A DNA stretch of 64,000 bases, from the IMG/VR virus record IMGVR_UViG_3300029705_000009. One strand, written 5' to 3'. A model generated the notes under the pieces. The model did not search any database and was not told the origin of the DNA. It worked only from the letters and a program-made list of their open reading frames with translations. The position numbers were made by a program, and so were the translations under genes. The DNA is from a virus (Duplodnaviria; Caudoviricetes). Positions 44,274 through 54,752 of this stretch are shown here, piece after piece; positions within the stretch are counted from its first letter, which is position 1, and each line of letters opens with the position of its first letter.

Positions 44274-44614
44274 TATTCTTCCTCCTCTAAATCTTCAAAT
44301 AATACATCTTCACTTCCAGATTCAATAACTTCTACATCTAATCCAAAATGTTCTTTGATTACATCTTCATATCCATATGAATCGTAGATAAAGAGCAACG
44401 TTTCATCATCAATAAATGAATCTGCTCCACTTTCACCATCTCCAATATCTATCCATTCATACTCTACATTGTAGTAATCAGAATAAGTTTCCTCAGTACC
44501 ATCAAAACCATAATCTACACAGATTTTACACATCTCATCGTAATCAGGTACAGAATGAAACACTTCTTGAATTAAATTTCCATCAACTCTAACAAGAACT
44601 GCTTTCTGACTCAT
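44273..44614 (-). CDS. Hypothetical highly acidic protein
   Basis: AGGAGG RBS. Confidence 0.65.
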   Translation of the reverse strand: MSQKAVLVRVDGNLIQEVFHSVPDYDEMCKICVDYGFDGTEETYSDYYNVEYEWIDIGDGESGADSFIDDETLLFIYDSYGYEDVIKEHFGLDVEVIESGSEDVLFEDLEEEE

Positions 44615-44616
44615 AA

Positions 44617-44850
44617 TTATTCCTCCTTAATCCATTCTTCAATTAAATCTTCGATATCTTCATCATCATTTCCACCATAAACATAAATTAAAAAATCCGA
44701 TAAATTTTCACCACATTCTCCAATATCATCATCTGTTGCTTCTTCTTCATACCATCTCATTTCTTCTTCAAGATCATCTAACATAAATGGTACCTTTTCT
44801 TTTAGCTTTTCAAAACAATCAAGTGTTTCTAAATATGTATATTTCTTCAA
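44617..44850 (-). CDS. Hypothetical highly acidic protein
   Basis: AGGAGG RBS. Confidence 0.6.
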   Translation of the reverse strand: MKKYTYLETLDCFEKLKEKVPFMLDDLEEEMRWYEEEATDDDIGECGENLSDFLIYVYGGNDDEDIEDLIEEWIKEE

Positions 44851-44863
44851 TATGATACCCTCC

Positions 44864-45064
44864 TTATTCTTCTATAAATTCTCCACCATATACGCTAGGA
44901 AAATACTCCATCTTAAATCCACTTTCCAATTCAACATATACTCTACCGGAAGAACTTGCCTTGTGTGGTTCTCTCCAGGATATTAATTTTGCTTTCTCTC
45001 CTCTAAAAGATGTAAGTTCCATACCAACAGTTGCTTCTTTTCCTCTGATCATAAGTTTCATCAT
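44864..45064 (-). CDS. Hypothetical protein
   Basis: ORF with RBS. Confidence 0.6.
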   Translation of the reverse strand: MMKLMIRGKEATVGMELTSFRGEKAKLISWREPHKASSSGRVYVELESGFKMEYFPSVYGGEFIEE

Positions 45065-45266
45065 GTTTATACACTTTCCTTTCTTTACTCAAAACACTCT
45101 TCAATTTCTAACATTAGTTCATGTGTGGCAATTTTCATATTTTCACACATTCTTGCTTTTTTATAATCCTCATTTTCAAAATGATAATTATATTTTTTCG
45201 TATAATGTTTTTCTCGTGCTCTTAAAAAAGACATTATATTTTCTCTGGTAAATTCCTTTTTCATAG

Positions 45267-45488
45267 TTAATCTTCTTTCTCAACAATAATAGAAATTCCA
45301 TTACAACTTATTGCCGGATAACGCTCCGGATAAATTTCCTTTACAGTGTATTTTTCCAATGTGTCCAAAGTGTCCTTTGACATATATTGGACTTCTGCGA
45401 AATAGATACAATCTTCAGTTGATGTACTGGTGGAAATCCAAACCGTTGTATATCTATCAATCTTTGACAATAAATCTGTTAGTTTCAT
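45267..45488 (-). CDS. Hypothetical protein
   Basis: ORF with RBS. Confidence 0.6.
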   Translation of the reverse strand: MKLTDLLSKIDRYTTVWISTSTSTEDCIYFAEVQYMSKDTLDTLEKYTVKEIYPERYPAISCNGISIIVEKED

Positions 45489-45509
45489 CCCCCTAAAACC
45501 TCCATTTTC

Positions 45510-45806
45510 TTACTTTACATTTTTTAATATTTCTGACTTCAAATAATCACATAATTCGTCATCGTCATATAAACTAATCAACTCATAATCTTCTGCGCAA
45601 TATAAATCTTCATATGAATGTGCATATATTCTAATTTCACTTTCTTCATATGTTTCCGTGTCAAAATTAGACACATTGGCATATATGTATTTCTTCTCGT
45701 GACCAGATTCTGCTTGTGTTACATCTTCAAACTTTCCTTCATACATCTGAAAATGATACATGTCAATAAACTTAACCTCTTTTAATTTTAAATTTGTTCT
45801 TTCCAT
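45510..45806 (-). CDS. Hypothetical protein
   Basis: AGGAGG RBS. Confidence 0.65.
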   Translation of the reverse strand: MERTNLKLKEVKFIDMYHFQMYEGKFEDVTQAESGHEKKYIYANVSNFDTETYEESEIRIYAHSYEDLYCAEDYELISLYDDDELCDYLKSEILKNVK

Positions 45807-45834
45807 AATTCTTTCCTCCTATTAATTATTTTAG

Positions 45835-46110
45835 TTACTTATACTCTTCAACTTCTGCAATATAGAATTCTTTTATGTCTCCATCTTTCCAAGCAATTTG
45901 AGCCATTTCTTCTTCAAACCAGCACTCGTCTTCATCTAATGGATCATCATCATTGTATACTCTCTCTGCTAAAAGAGCATTGTACTGATCTTCCCAAATT
46001 CTTCGCAATGCTTCTTCTTCAGTTTCGTCTTCGTTTATTGAAAATACTTCCGGCATGATTTCGCTTATGTCAATGTCGTGAAATTTTCTATATGTTACTA
46101 TAACTTTCAT
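45835..46110 (-). CDS. Hypothetical acidic protein
   Basis: GGAGG RBS. Confidence 0.65.
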   Translation of the reverse strand: MKVIVTYRKFHDIDISEIMPEVFSINEDETEEEALRRIWEDQYNALLAERVYNDDDPLDEDECWFEEEMAQIAWKDGDIKEFYIAEVEEYK

Positions 46111-46155
46111 ATCGAACCTCCGTTTTAACATTTATATAAAACTTTCATTTCTTGA

Positions 46156-46548
46156 CTAATGAATTTGTACTGATTTTCCATTATGAACTATTAATTCGGA
46201 ATAATCACTATCTGGATATATCAGTAACCATGATTCATCTTCTAAATACGGCGCCAACGTATCAAACATTTCAATCATAACGCCTTCCCAACCATAGCTT
46301 GCATTAAATCCGTTTTTATATACCGTAAATCCATCCTTTTCACTGATATCTACTTCTTGATTCCTCCAACCAGCTAAAAAGATTCTCATTAAATCATCAA
46401 ACGTTTCCGTTGTGATCCCTTGTTCCGCATATTTTTCCAACGAATAATTGGTCCGCTTATCATTCTTGATGTGTTCATTTAACGCCAAAATAGCACCTTT
46501 CTCATCTTTTACCTTTACCTGTAATGTTACGTTATAACACGCTCCCAT
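46156..46548 (-). CDS. Hypothetical protein
   Basis: RBS. Confidence 0.65.
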   Translation of the reverse strand: MGACYNVTLQVKVKDEKGAILALNEHIKNDKRTNYSLEKYAEQGITTETFDDLMRIFLAGWRNQEVDISEKDGFTVYKNGFNASYGWEGVMIEMFDTLAPYLEDESWLLIYPDSDYSELIVHNGKSVQIH

Positions 46549-46708
46549 ATTCTCCTCCCTCTTTATTATCTAATTCAATGATTACTTTATTTGCCTTCAT
46601 CCTTCTTGCTACTTTTACAAAATCCTCTACGTTTCCGTTCAAATAATCTTTAATCTCACAAGTAATTTTTACTACTTTGTTTTTTGGATCGATTACTTTG
46701 TAATCCAT
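46532..46708 (-). CDS. Hypothetical protein
   Basis: GGAGG RBS. Confidence 0.55.
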   Translation of the reverse strand: MDYKVIDPKNKVVKITCEIKDYLNGNVEDFVKVARRMKANKVIIELDNKEGGEYGSVL

Positions 46709-46882
46709 GCTATTTCCTCCGTTTAAAATCACTCTTTTATGTGGTTATTGGTACTTATACAAGCACACAAGTTTAGTATGAATCCTCTTTCCAAAAAGAT
46801 AATATTCATTCCAACAACCAATAATATTTTTAACTTCTCGCTTTTCAAAAATCTTCATAGAAACCTCCTTAAAATCGTCATT

Positions 46883-47110
46883 TTATTGTTCAAAATCAAA
46901 CTTAACTGAAAATCCTTTAATCTTCCTACTAAAATCCTTTGCATGAATTACTACTGCTCCACAATCTTCACACCATAATGCAAACTGATTTACTCCACTT
47001 CCCATATAATTTGCACCACCACGATTCATCTTTCCACCACACCAAATACATTTACATTCATTTGGTATTGTCATTCCGTTATTTACTACTGTTTTAATTT
47101 TTCCACTCAT
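46883..47110 (-). CDS. Small Zn-ribbon protein
   Basis: C.WCG...C.DCG. Confidence 0.6.
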   Translation of the reverse strand: MSGKIKTVVNNGMTIPNECKCIWCGGKMNRGGANYMGSGVNQFALWCEDCGAVVIHAKDFSRKIKGFSVKFDFEQ

Positions 47111-47137
47111 AATAAATCTCCCTATGAAATTATCCTT

Positions 47138-47395
47138 TTAATAGTCAATTCCCAATCTGTCCATCAACACTCTGCCAATGGATAGGCGAATATCATCATC
47201 GTTGTAATATCCTTCTTCATCCCAAGCAGAAGCACACATCACATCGTCAATTACATCGTCCATAAACATACTTTCCGTTTCTTCATTTTCGTGTTCAAGA
47301 ATATATCTTGCGTATTCGCTACTTACTGCGTTCTGCATAATCATTCTAATTTCATTCTCAATGATTTTCTTCTCTTCTTTATTCATCTTTCTCAT
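47138..47395 (-). CDS. Hypothetical acidic protein
   Basis: GGAGG RBS. Confidence 0.65.
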   Translation of the reverse strand: MRKMNKEEKKIIENEIRMIMQNAVSSEYARYILEHENEETESMFMDDVIDDVMCASAWDEEGYYNDDDIRLSIGRVLMDRLGIDY

Positions 47396-47426
47396 GCTAA
47401 ATCCTCCCTTTAAAATCGTCATTTTA

Positions 47427-47732
47427 TTAGTTAAAGCCAACCATTACAACTTTGTTGTGTCTAACCGCTTCATCAAACCAATCAATGCTGTCATCACTTG
47501 TGTATTCGTTCTGTAAATATTCTAAAGGATTTTCCATATCCATATAGTTAAATAACCAATCCTTTTCTACAATGACAATAACCTCATTAAAATCTGCTTC
47601 AATTCCGTTATCCTCATCTTCCCAATCCATAAAGCACTCACTACAAATACAAAATGCAATCAAATCTTTATGTTCTGCAAACTCTATATACTGTGTCACT
47701 CCAAGCAAAATTCTTTCTCTTACTGCGTTCAT
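47427..47732 (-). CDS. Hypothetical acidic protein
   Basis: AGGAGG RBS. Confidence 0.65.
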   Translation of the reverse strand: MNAVRERILLGVTQYIEFAEHKDLIAFCICSECFMDWEDEDNGIEADFNEVIVIVEKDWLFNYMDMENPLEYLQNEYTSDDSIDWFDEAVRHNKVVMVGFN

Positions 47733-47762
47733 ATCAATACCTCCTATAAATTATCCTTTTAT

Positions 47763-48074
47763 TTACTCAACCATACGAGGGACTAACTCTCTGTGTTCTC
47801 TGATATACTGTTTGATTTCTGCTATTTCCTTTTTACTTAAATCGTGAGGGATATTATCATTTCCTTGTTCAGCATTTTCTATATTTCTCCAAAAAGACCA
47901 ATATGGGCATTCTTTTGTTGGAACATCAACTCCCGTCATATCCCATGTATCATCGAAGTTTCCTTTGCTGGTAGGCTCTTTATGGAAATATAACAATACT
48001 GCGTCTCCATACTCTCCGTATGGTTTATATAAAAATGTTCTTTTTTCTTTTTTCTTAAAAATATTCATACTCAA
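47763..48074 (-). CDS. Hypothetical protein
   Basis: RBS. Confidence 0.6.
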   Translation of the reverse strand: MSMNIFKKKEKRTFLYKPYGEYGDAVLLYFHKEPTSKGNFDDTWDMTGVDVPTKECPYWSFWRNIENAEQGNDNIPHDLSKKEIAEIKQYIREHRELVPRMVE

Positions 48075-48096
48075 AACCTCACTTAAAATTACATTT

Positions 48097-48264
48097 TTAA
48101 TCTACTAAATCAAATCCATTGTGACAAAATCCTTCTTGGTCTGATAGCCAATCTGAAATTTCATCTTCGTCAGTCATACCTTCTGGAATTTCCATTTCTT
48201 CTGGCAATTCATATAACCATTCTAAATCTCCGTCTGTATCCCATTTAATATTTATTGCTTTCAT
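48097..48264 (-). CDS. Small acidic phage protein (I.WDTDG...LP...I.DWLSD..GFC)
   Basis: Recurrent phage motif; GGAGG RBS. Confidence 0.65.
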   Translation of the reverse strand: MKAINIKWDTDGDLEWLYELPEEMEIPEGMTDEDEISDWLSDQEGFCHNGFDLVD

Positions 48265-48295
48265 ATTTTTCCTCCACTTAAAAATCATCATCTAC

Positions 48296-48616
48296 TTAAT
48301 TTTCTTCCGAACAAATATCCACAATTGTATCGATTAAATTCTGTAAAGAATCAATTCCATATCCATGCAAAGGAATCATCAGATCTTCGGTAACTTTATC
48401 TCTCAGTTCGCAATAATGAGTCCAACCTTTCATTTCTCCGTCTTCAAGATAATCAAACGAAATATCAAGCTCGTTTCCATTAATAGAATCAATATCATAT
48501 GTTACAATTCTCGTATTAAATGTTTTAGGCTTTCTTCCTTTGCCATTCCAATTGGTAGGATTCATCTTTTGCATAAAATCTTTTGCAATTCTTTCTGCTT
48601 TTTCAATACTAAACAT
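48296..48616 (-). CDS. Hypothetical protein
   Basis: RBS. Confidence 0.65.
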   Translation of the reverse strand: MFSIEKAERIAKDFMQKMNPTNWNGKGRKPKTFNTRIVTYDIDSINGNELDISFDYLEDGEMKGWTHYCELRDKVTEDLMIPLHGYGIDSLQNLIDTIVDICSEEN

Positions 48617-48617
48617 A

Positions 48618-48998
48618 TTAGATTCCCTCCTCGCTCATAACATACTCTACAGTTACATCATCTGTATCCATCCAGTCTTCTACTGAATAATTTCCCTCAC
48701 AGAAGTCAAGCGACGGCCACAGATACAAAGCTCTTTTCTTTTCATCTTCTACATAACGATATTCATCACAACTTGGGTTGTCCAGGACATAGCCACCACA
48801 ACCAAGGTGTGCTCCCCAATATTCTCCGGTCTCTTTACTTTTCTCTACAAGGTCCGCAACCTCTTCTGGCTGCAGATAGTAAGTACAAAGAGCATGAGCA
48901 TCATTGTACTCAAACACATAGACACCTTCACTTTTACTGTATAAATCCTTTCCACTACAAAGATAATCATACATTTGCTTTCCGTTTTCGAATTTCAT
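48618..48998 (-). CDS. Hypothetical protein
   Basis: GGAGG RBS. Confidence 0.65.
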   Translation of the reverse strand: MKFENGKQMYDYLCSGKDLYSKSEGVYVFEYNDAHALCTYYLQPEEVADLVEKSKETGEYWGAHLGCGGYVLDNPSCDEYRYVEDEKKRALYLWPSLDFCEGNYSVEDWMDTDDVTVEYVMSEEGI

Positions 48999-49026
48999 AT
49001 TTGTCCTCCGCTCTTGTTTTGATTTA

Positions 49027-49290
49027 TTAATACGCTACAAATTCTGGAATTCCATGCTCTGGATATCTTCCGCATGTTCTCAATGTTTCCAAAATATTTT
49101 CTAACTCTTCTTCTACAAGCCTATCAAATTCCTCATCAGAAACATCTTCTGGAATATCTTCACCAAGTCTCCCTTCTACATTTACTTCTGCCGCCACATA
49201 CAATTCGTTGTTGTATACTTTATAACTTGAATAACGATGATCATTCTTTCTGGGTTGACTACTTACTTCATATAATGCATAAACTCTCAT
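49027..49290 (-). CDS. Hypothetical protein
   Basis: AAGGAG RBS. Confidence 0.6.
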   Translation of the reverse strand: MRVYALYEVSSQPRKNDHRYSSYKVYNNELYVAAEVNVEGRLGEDIPEDVSDEEFDRLVEEELENILETLRTCGRYPEHGIPEFVAY

Positions 49291-49309
49291 ATTTGTTCTC
49301 CTTTCAGTA

Positions 49310-49663
49310 TTAACAATACGGTACGCGACCCTTTTCTTTGCTACCTTGTCTCCTTTCAATTACAAAACTCTCACCTTCTCCTATGTAATAACTTCCTCTG
49401 TAAATACGGTTCCTTTCTTTATTTAACTGCCATGGATACGAACGAGTTTCATGTCTAATTGCTGCCCATTCATTTTGGTTTTCTTCTCTAAAACCTAGTT
49501 CTTCATTTTCTTTCTTGCACTCTTCCCAAATTCGCAAGAGTTCTTTTTTACAAGCACGTTTTGATTTGTGTTCACTTTCAACTAATTGATTACCAGAATA
49601 ATAGTAACCACCCTCTGCCGGTTCATAAATTGGATACTCTGTATAATGACTTATGTATCTCAT
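49310..49663 (-). CDS. Hypothetical protein (YEPAEGGYY)
   Basis: GGAGG RBS. Confidence 0.65.
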   Translation of the reverse strand: MRYISHYTEYPIYEPAEGGYYYSGNQLVESEHKSKRACKKELLRIWEECKKENEELGFREENQNEWAAIRHETRSYPWQLNKERNRIYRGSYYIGEGESFVIERRQGSKEKGRVPYC

Positions 49664-49702
49664 GTTTGTCCTCCGATCAAATAAGATTTTATCATCTACA
49701 TC

Positions 49703-49921
49703 TTAATTCAAAATATTCATTGTTACCCATCTCTTAGCACTTGCTAAAGACTTACAATTTTTTAATATTGACGTAGCATCAAAACCAACCACGTCATATG
49801 TACCATCTCCTAACAGGTCAATCCAATAATATCTGCCGTCTTTTGTGCGGATTGCCCACTCAGTAGGTGTTCCATCATCTAAGTCACACTCATGAACTAT
49901 TTCCCATTTTTCTTTTGTCAT
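49703..49921 (-). CDS. Hypothetical protein
   Basis: AAGGAG RBS. Confidence 0.6.
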   Translation of the reverse strand: MTKEKWEIVHECDLDDGTPTEWAIRTKDGRYYWIDLLGDGTYDVVGFDATSILKNCKSLASAKRWVTMNILN

Positions 49922-49931
49922 AACTGTCTCC

Positions 49932-50936
49932 TTAAATTAATCCTAATTTTCTTAACTGGCCAAAAATTGCTTCTAACACCGGAATACATATACTGTTTCC
50001 AGCAAGGAAACTCACCTGCTGCTCAGTAATTCCATTTTTAATCATGTGATTGTAATCTTTATCCTTGAATCCCATTAATCGTAAATGTTCTCTGCCGGTA
50101 AGCATTCTCAATTTCCCATCATAATAAATAGCTTGTCTCGGCGCCGTTGTTAAAGTCTTACATACACCATGGCCAACTCTACCTCTTCTTGTTGTACTAC
50201 TAGGAAATTCAACATTGATCACATCATATTCGTTAACCTCTTTGTAACCAAGTTTAGTAGCTTCTCTTGCGCACAATTGTCCATCTTCCCTTACAAAGAA
50301 GATTTTCTGCTCTGCATCTCCAAGTTTGTATTTATCCCAATCAACACTCTTTTCAAGATAGTAACGAATATCTTTCTTTAAAGGCACAGGTTCAGGGAAT
50401 TCAAATTCCTTTCCATCAAGTACATCTTCAAGAATGCTGATAGTATATAAACGTTCTCTTGCTTGAGGTATTCCATAATCTGCAGCATTAAGAATTGCAT
50501 AATAATTTTTGTAACCCATCTTTTCCATTGACTCCAGATAATGATAATGATGAACACGATGATTTACTTTCTTTCCCTCTGACAGAAGATTAGGTACATT
50601 CTCCCAGAGAACAACTTTAGGTCTTGTAGGAAGTTTATGATCGATGATAGCAAGTGTTTCTTCGTAAAGAATAGATCTTCCAGTATTTACATTGTTTTTT
50701 CCATTCTTACTGAAATCGACGCAAGGACTTCCATGTATCAAAATATCTGGATTCAAGTTCCATTCTCTTACATCTTGTGGCTTATAATTAATATCAAAAA
50801 TTGAGTTATAAGCTTGTACTGCAAATGGAAGAATTTCCACATAATCAATACTCTTAATATCGTATCCCATATTTTCTAGTGCTTTTCTAGGTGCACCAAT
50901 GCCTCCAAACAACTCAACTGTTTTCAACTGTTCCAT
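49932..50936 (-). CDS. dcm: DNA (cytosine-5)-methyltransferase (second, compact)
   Basis: ELFGGIG, GSPC, ENV, PQARER, RMLTGRE.LRLMGF, AGNS. Confidence 0.95.
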   Translation of the reverse strand: MEQLKTVELFGGIGAPRKALENMGYDIKSIDYVEILPFAVQAYNSIFDINYKPQDVREWNLNPDILIHGSPCVDFSKNGKNNVNTGRSILYEETLAIIDHKLPTRPKVVLWENVPNLLSEGKKVNHRVHHYHYLESMEKMGYKNYYAILNAADYGIPQARERLYTISILEDVLDGKEFEFPEPVPLKKDIRYYLEKSVDWDKYKLGDAEQKIFFVREDGQLCAREATKLGYKEVNEYDVINVEFPSSTTRRGRVGHGVCKTLTTAPRQAIYYDGKLRMLTGREHLRLMGFKDKDYNHMIKNGITEQQVSFLAGNSICIPVLEAIFGQLRKLGLI

Positions 50937-51179
50937 TTACTCTTCCTCCGCTAATTCAACACAAATTGCTCCAATCCATACCTTTCCAATATTTACGACG
51001 TATGGATAAACATAATCAATTTCTCGGTCTAAATACTCTTCAAATTCACTTGTTGGATCTTCATCAATGTTTCCTTCGTAGTAAACAGTTGGATAACTAT
51101 CACATTCCCAACGCTGCAGTTTAACGCGACCCTGAAGTGTAATTCCGTTATTTATCATATCTCTTAGTGTCATTTGCAT
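50937..51179 (-). CDS. Hypothetical protein
   Basis: ORF with RBS. Confidence 0.6.
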   Translation of the reverse strand: MQMTLRDMINNGITLQGRVKLQRWECDSYPTVYYEGNIDEDPTSEFEEYLDREIDYVYPYVVNIGKVWIGAICVELAEEE

Positions 51180-51218
51180 TTCCTCCTATTATTTTATTTA
51201 CTTATTGTCATATTGTTA

Positions 51219-51713
51219 TTAATATAACTCTTCATCGTCCTCCTCTTCATCTTCATAATATTCTTCATCATATCCTTCGTCTATAAATACAATCGTAAAT
51301 GCATTTCTATCTTTATTTGCATATACATCATATCCACCATCTCCAAATCCAGATGAAGAAAATATTCCGTTGTATAAGTTCCATGCATTTCCGTCTTCAA
51401 TTTTGTCACAAAATTCATACCATTCTTCGTCATTAAAGTCTGGTTTATTATTGAAAAAACCAGCAAGTCCTGCATCTACACCAATATTTCCGATGTATTC
51501 CATTTCTTCAATTTCCCAAATCTTATCTCCTTTGAAGATTGAAACAGAAGCAACTCTCATTCCCCAATCACCCTGGTCGCTCATTTCAATATATCCTTTG
51601 TATTCACCTGGTTCACAATTAGTTGTCATTCTACACCATGTGTCTTTGTCATAACAAGGATCCGTTATATCTACCTTTGTTCCTAATTCAATTGTTCCCA
51701 CATATTCCATCAT
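51219..51713 (-). CDS. DUF4241-like protein
   Basis: TDPCY, GVDAGLAGF, SSGFGDGGY. Confidence 0.7.
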   Translation of the reverse strand: MMEYVGTIELGTKVDITDPCYDKDTWCRMTTNCEPGEYKGYIEMSDQGDWGMRVASVSIFKGDKIWEIEEMEYIGNIGVDAGLAGFFNNKPDFNDEEWYEFCDKIEDGNAWNLYNGIFSSSGFGDGGYDVYANKDRNAFTIVFIDEGYDEEYYEDEEEDDEELY

Positions 51714-51746
51714 AATATTTCCCTCCATTAAATATGTTTTTATTTG

Positions 51747-52238
51747 CTATTCTTCCTCTTCATCTTCATCTTCTTCATCATCAATTTCAAAGCTACAATC
51801 TTCCATTGCTACTTCTCTTGCCTGTTCAATGGCATCATCTTCGTTTTCTGCCCACACTACATATTCTCTATCACAACCAATGAAACCACCAAAATTAACT
51901 CTTACTGTGTAATCTTTTGCCATATTTTTCTTCTCCTTAATCATTCTTTCTTCAAGCTCATCTGCTTGATAATTTCCTTCTGGTGCATTATGAATAATCC
52001 ACAACAACATTTCATTCCAAAAGATTTCGTATTCTTCTTTTGCTAATGTTTCAATACTATGTTCTTCATAGAACTCGTAATAATCTGCTTCGTCTACGCT
52101 TGTATCTGCATTGCATATTTCAATACCATCCCATTCATCACATGCTCGGAAGTAATTTCCATCTGTCAATTGACCATAATAGATATAAATTCCTCCACCG
52201 GTATAGATTGCTGTTGCGTTCGCAATTTCTTTTTTCAT
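51747..52238 (-). CDS. Hypothetical acidic protein (possible internal start at MAKDY, DpnD/PcfM-like C-terminus)
   Basis: YTGGGIY; internal AAGGAG before MAKDY. Confidence 0.6.
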   Translation of the reverse strand: MKKEIANATAIYTGGGIYIYYGQLTDGNYFRACDEWDGIEICNADTSVDEADYYEFYEEHSIETLAKEEYEIFWNEMLLWIIHNAPEGNYQADELEERMIKEKKNMAKDYTVRVNFGGFIGCDREYVVWAENEDDAIEQAREVAMEDCSFEIDDEEDEDEEEE

Positions 52239-52443
52239 ATAGGTTTCTCCTTTATATTTCGTTTCCACACTCATCAAACTCAACTCTACTAGGGTGCAAT
52301 CTGTGTAATTCCTTCTCAAAAAGTTCCCTAGCAAATTCATTTCCGGTTAAGTCATTTTTGCCTTGTTTCCTTTTAATGGCAAATAATCTGTTTAAATCTT
52401 CAAAGCTAATATAAAATTCAACCTTTGGCATGTTATTCCTCCT

Positions 52444-53025
52444 TTACACTCTAGGAATCTCAGTTCCTTTTTCACAAGTTCCACCTAAGCAGTTTCCTTT
52501 ATACTGCCAAACCTCTCCACCGTAATTATCATCTTTGTAGAGATAAATGAATGTTGCATATCTGGCACCTTCTTTTGCATGACTATGAGGTTCACCACAC
52601 TGAATCATTCCTCTATTGAATGTCCGTGGTGGTACACAATCTGCAAAATGCATTACAAAAGCGTAATCAACTTTATCATTTTCCTTTACATAGTCTGCAA
52701 AATCTTCTACGTCACTATCCATCCACCCTTCAAAAGTCTTCACATCTATGTCAACAACCTTTTCTCTTGGTGCAGTAATCTTAATCAAATCCTCTGCATA
52801 CTCTTCAAGCGTTTCCATTGCACATCTGACAGAATCCATTAATTCTTTTTGTGCAATTTCTAGAAGTCTAATTTTACGCAAAATCATCTTCTCATTTTCT
52901 GAGATACAATTTCCTGGATACATAAACTCTCTGTCGTTCTGAAGAATCATCTGAATATCCTCAAATGTTTTTCCATAAAGTACAGTGTCTTCTAAATGCG
53001 TATGATCACTTTCTCTTAACCACAT
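52444..53025 (-). CDS. Hypothetical protein
   Basis: AGGAGG RBS; C.PP...IQ.GEP.SH...Y.TF. Confidence 0.7.
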   Translation of the reverse strand: MWLRESDHTHLEDTVLYGKTFEDIQMILQNDREFMYPGNCISENEKMILRKIRLLEIAQKELMDSVRCAMETLEEYAEDLIKITAPREKVVDIDVKTFEGWMDSDVEDFADYVKENDKVDYAFVMHFADCVPPRTFNRGMIQCGEPHSHAKEGARYATFIYLYKDDNYGGEVWQYKGNCLGGTCEKGTEIPRV

Positions 53026-53037
53026 AATTAATCCTCC

Positions 53038-53220
53038 TTATTGACAGATATACATTTCGCTTAAATCTTTCTCTTCTTCACACCAGTCACAAACAACTAA
53101 CTCAGTTTCATTTTCTTCTTCTGTACAATCTTCCCAGTCCATTCTCCGTGAAAAAATTTTTTCTCCACGACTTCTGATTGCTTCTAAACAATGTCCACAT
53201 AAACACCAACGGTCTTCCAT
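53038..53220 (-). CDS. Small Zn-finger protein
   Basis: C..C..AI.SRGE...CDWC. Confidence 0.65.
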   Translation of the reverse strand: MEDRWCLCGHCLEAIRSRGEKIFSRRMDWEDCTEEENETELVVCDWCEEEKDLSEMYICQ

Positions 53221-53232
53221 TGTTAATCCTCC

Positions 53233-53730
53233 TTAATTGTTCCATAAATCGAAATCTTCAATACACTTCTTAGCTGCCTTACTCCAAGCTCTTGCAAATC
53301 TTTCATCGTTATCAAAATCCTCGTATGTTCTTCCCAATGCCATTAAAGTATCATCAGGATCTTGTGTGTATCCAAATTCATGATTACACATCTCAGAGAG
53401 AATTCTTTCAACAAGATTCTCCTCTTTCTCTTCAAAATGTTCTCGTTCTACCTTATGATGCTCAAACATTTCATTCATTCTCTGAACATCTTCTTTAAAT
53501 ACATATCCACCGGCACCAATACTTGTAACATGTTTTGCAATTTCTTCCATTGTAGTAATCTCAGCGAACTGAGGTTTCCGTTTTACAATTTCTTCAGTCA
53601 TCTTCTTAATAAAATCACTTTCACTAAAGGCAAACACCCAAATAAAAGGAAATTCATTTACCTCTTTCTGATGTTCTGCATTCATTTCTGCATAGTTTTC
53701 GAACTCTCTTATTTCTCTCATCTTATTCAC
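53233..53730 (-). CDS. Hypothetical protein
   Basis: FAFS..F, GAGGY, EM.NHE.GYT. Confidence 0.7.
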   Translation of the reverse strand: MNKMREIREFENYAEMNAEHQKEVNEFPFIWVFAFSESDFIKKMTEEIVKRKPQFAEITTMEEIAKHVTSIGAGGYVFKEDVQRMNEMFEHHKVEREHFEEKEENLVERILSEMCNHEFGYTQDPDDTLMALGRTYEDFDNDERFARAWSKAAKKCIEDFDLWNN

Positions 53731-53899
53731 TAATCCTTTCTCTCTTTTTTACAATCTTCACTGGATAACCCACGTTCTCTCTATATGTCTTCAATTGAAA
53801 CTTTGCATCTGCATAATCTTCACAACAGCACTCAATGTCCCAACCATAACCACAGTTTCCATAAATATAATACACATCTTGCGTTTTTCTCTTATACAT
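53723..53899 (-). CDS. Hypothetical protein
   Basis: MY.RKT.D...GYGW..E...L..YREN. Confidence 0.6.
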   Translation of the reverse strand: MYKRKTQDVYYIYGNCGYGWDIECCCEDYADAKFQLKTYRENVGYPVKIVKKRERISE

Positions 53900-54093
53900 T
53901 ACGCACACTCTCCAATCCCACAAATTTCTTCCAATGCAGCTTTTGCATGTAGATAACTATATTTGTCTAAGCTCTTCAACCAATTCTCTTCGTGCTCAAG
54001 ATACGAATAATATTTTCTCTTGAGGCTTTCTAAAGTTGCTAACCCACTATTTAAAAGAAATAAGTAATACTCTTTCCAATCATCTTTCTTCAT
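53899..54093 (-). CDS. Hypothetical protein
   Basis: GAGGAG RBS. Confidence 0.55.
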   Translation of the reverse strand: MKKDDWKEYYLFLLNSGLATLESLKRKYYSYLEHEENWLKSLDKYSYLHAKAALEEICGIGECA

Positions 54094-54098
54094 AGCGA

Positions 54099-54542
54099 TT
54101 ACTCCTCTCTCCATCCAGGGTTAAATATGTCTTTGAATCTATCCGAATAATGATATACCTCATCAAGTTTATGCCACAAAGAAGCATATACAAACTTGCC
54201 TAATTCATCATCCGGTGTAGTACTTTTCCATTCTCCATTTACAAGTTCCTGTTCATCTTCAAAGTGCATATTCATATCTTTGCTATTTACAAAGATACTT
54301 ATGTTTCCTTGTGTTGTACTTCTCTTAGTACGTCTTGCTTCAATAATCCATACACCATCTGCAATAGGAATTCTATTGCGAATATCTTCTACAACCTCCT
54401 TCGGAAAATTAAATGTTCTGTCACACCACTCAATCTCTCTTCGCCTCTCATTGATCACTGCAACCTCTTTATCTCCCCAGTACCAATGTGTTCCGTCTGC
54501 AAAGCTGTAACCTTTAATCTCTTTTCCTTGAATCATCTTCAT
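54099..54542 (-). CDS. Hypothetical protein
   Basis: RBS. Confidence 0.65.
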   Translation of the reverse strand: MKMIQGKEIKGYSFADGTHWYWGDKEVAVINERRREIEWCDRTFNFPKEVVEDIRNRIPIADGVWIIEARRTKRSTTQGNISIFVNSKDMNMHFEDEQELVNGEWKSTTPDDELGKFVYASLWHKLDEVYHYSDRFKDIFNPGWREE

Positions 54543-54752
54543 AGTGCAATTTCCTCTCTATTATTTTATTTAGTTAATTAGGCAACCTAAAGCCTCTAAA
54601 ATACAATCTAAATGTAATTCCTTTGCAATGTTTAATTCTCTTTCAAGACTTTCAATATCTTCTTCTTTCGTGTCTACATAATCCAGATAATCCATGTCTT
54701 CACATCTTTCATAAATTCTCTCTGCTAATTTCTGCATTTTCGATTCTCCCTT

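Larger units (their letters stand above)
46725..48296. repeat. Intergenic 16-bp imperfect palindrome AAAAT-N5-TTTTAT at successive gene junctions
   Basis: Copies at 46725, 46871, 47126, 47412, 47747, 48085, 48281 (also 58792, 58961). Confidence 0.7.
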
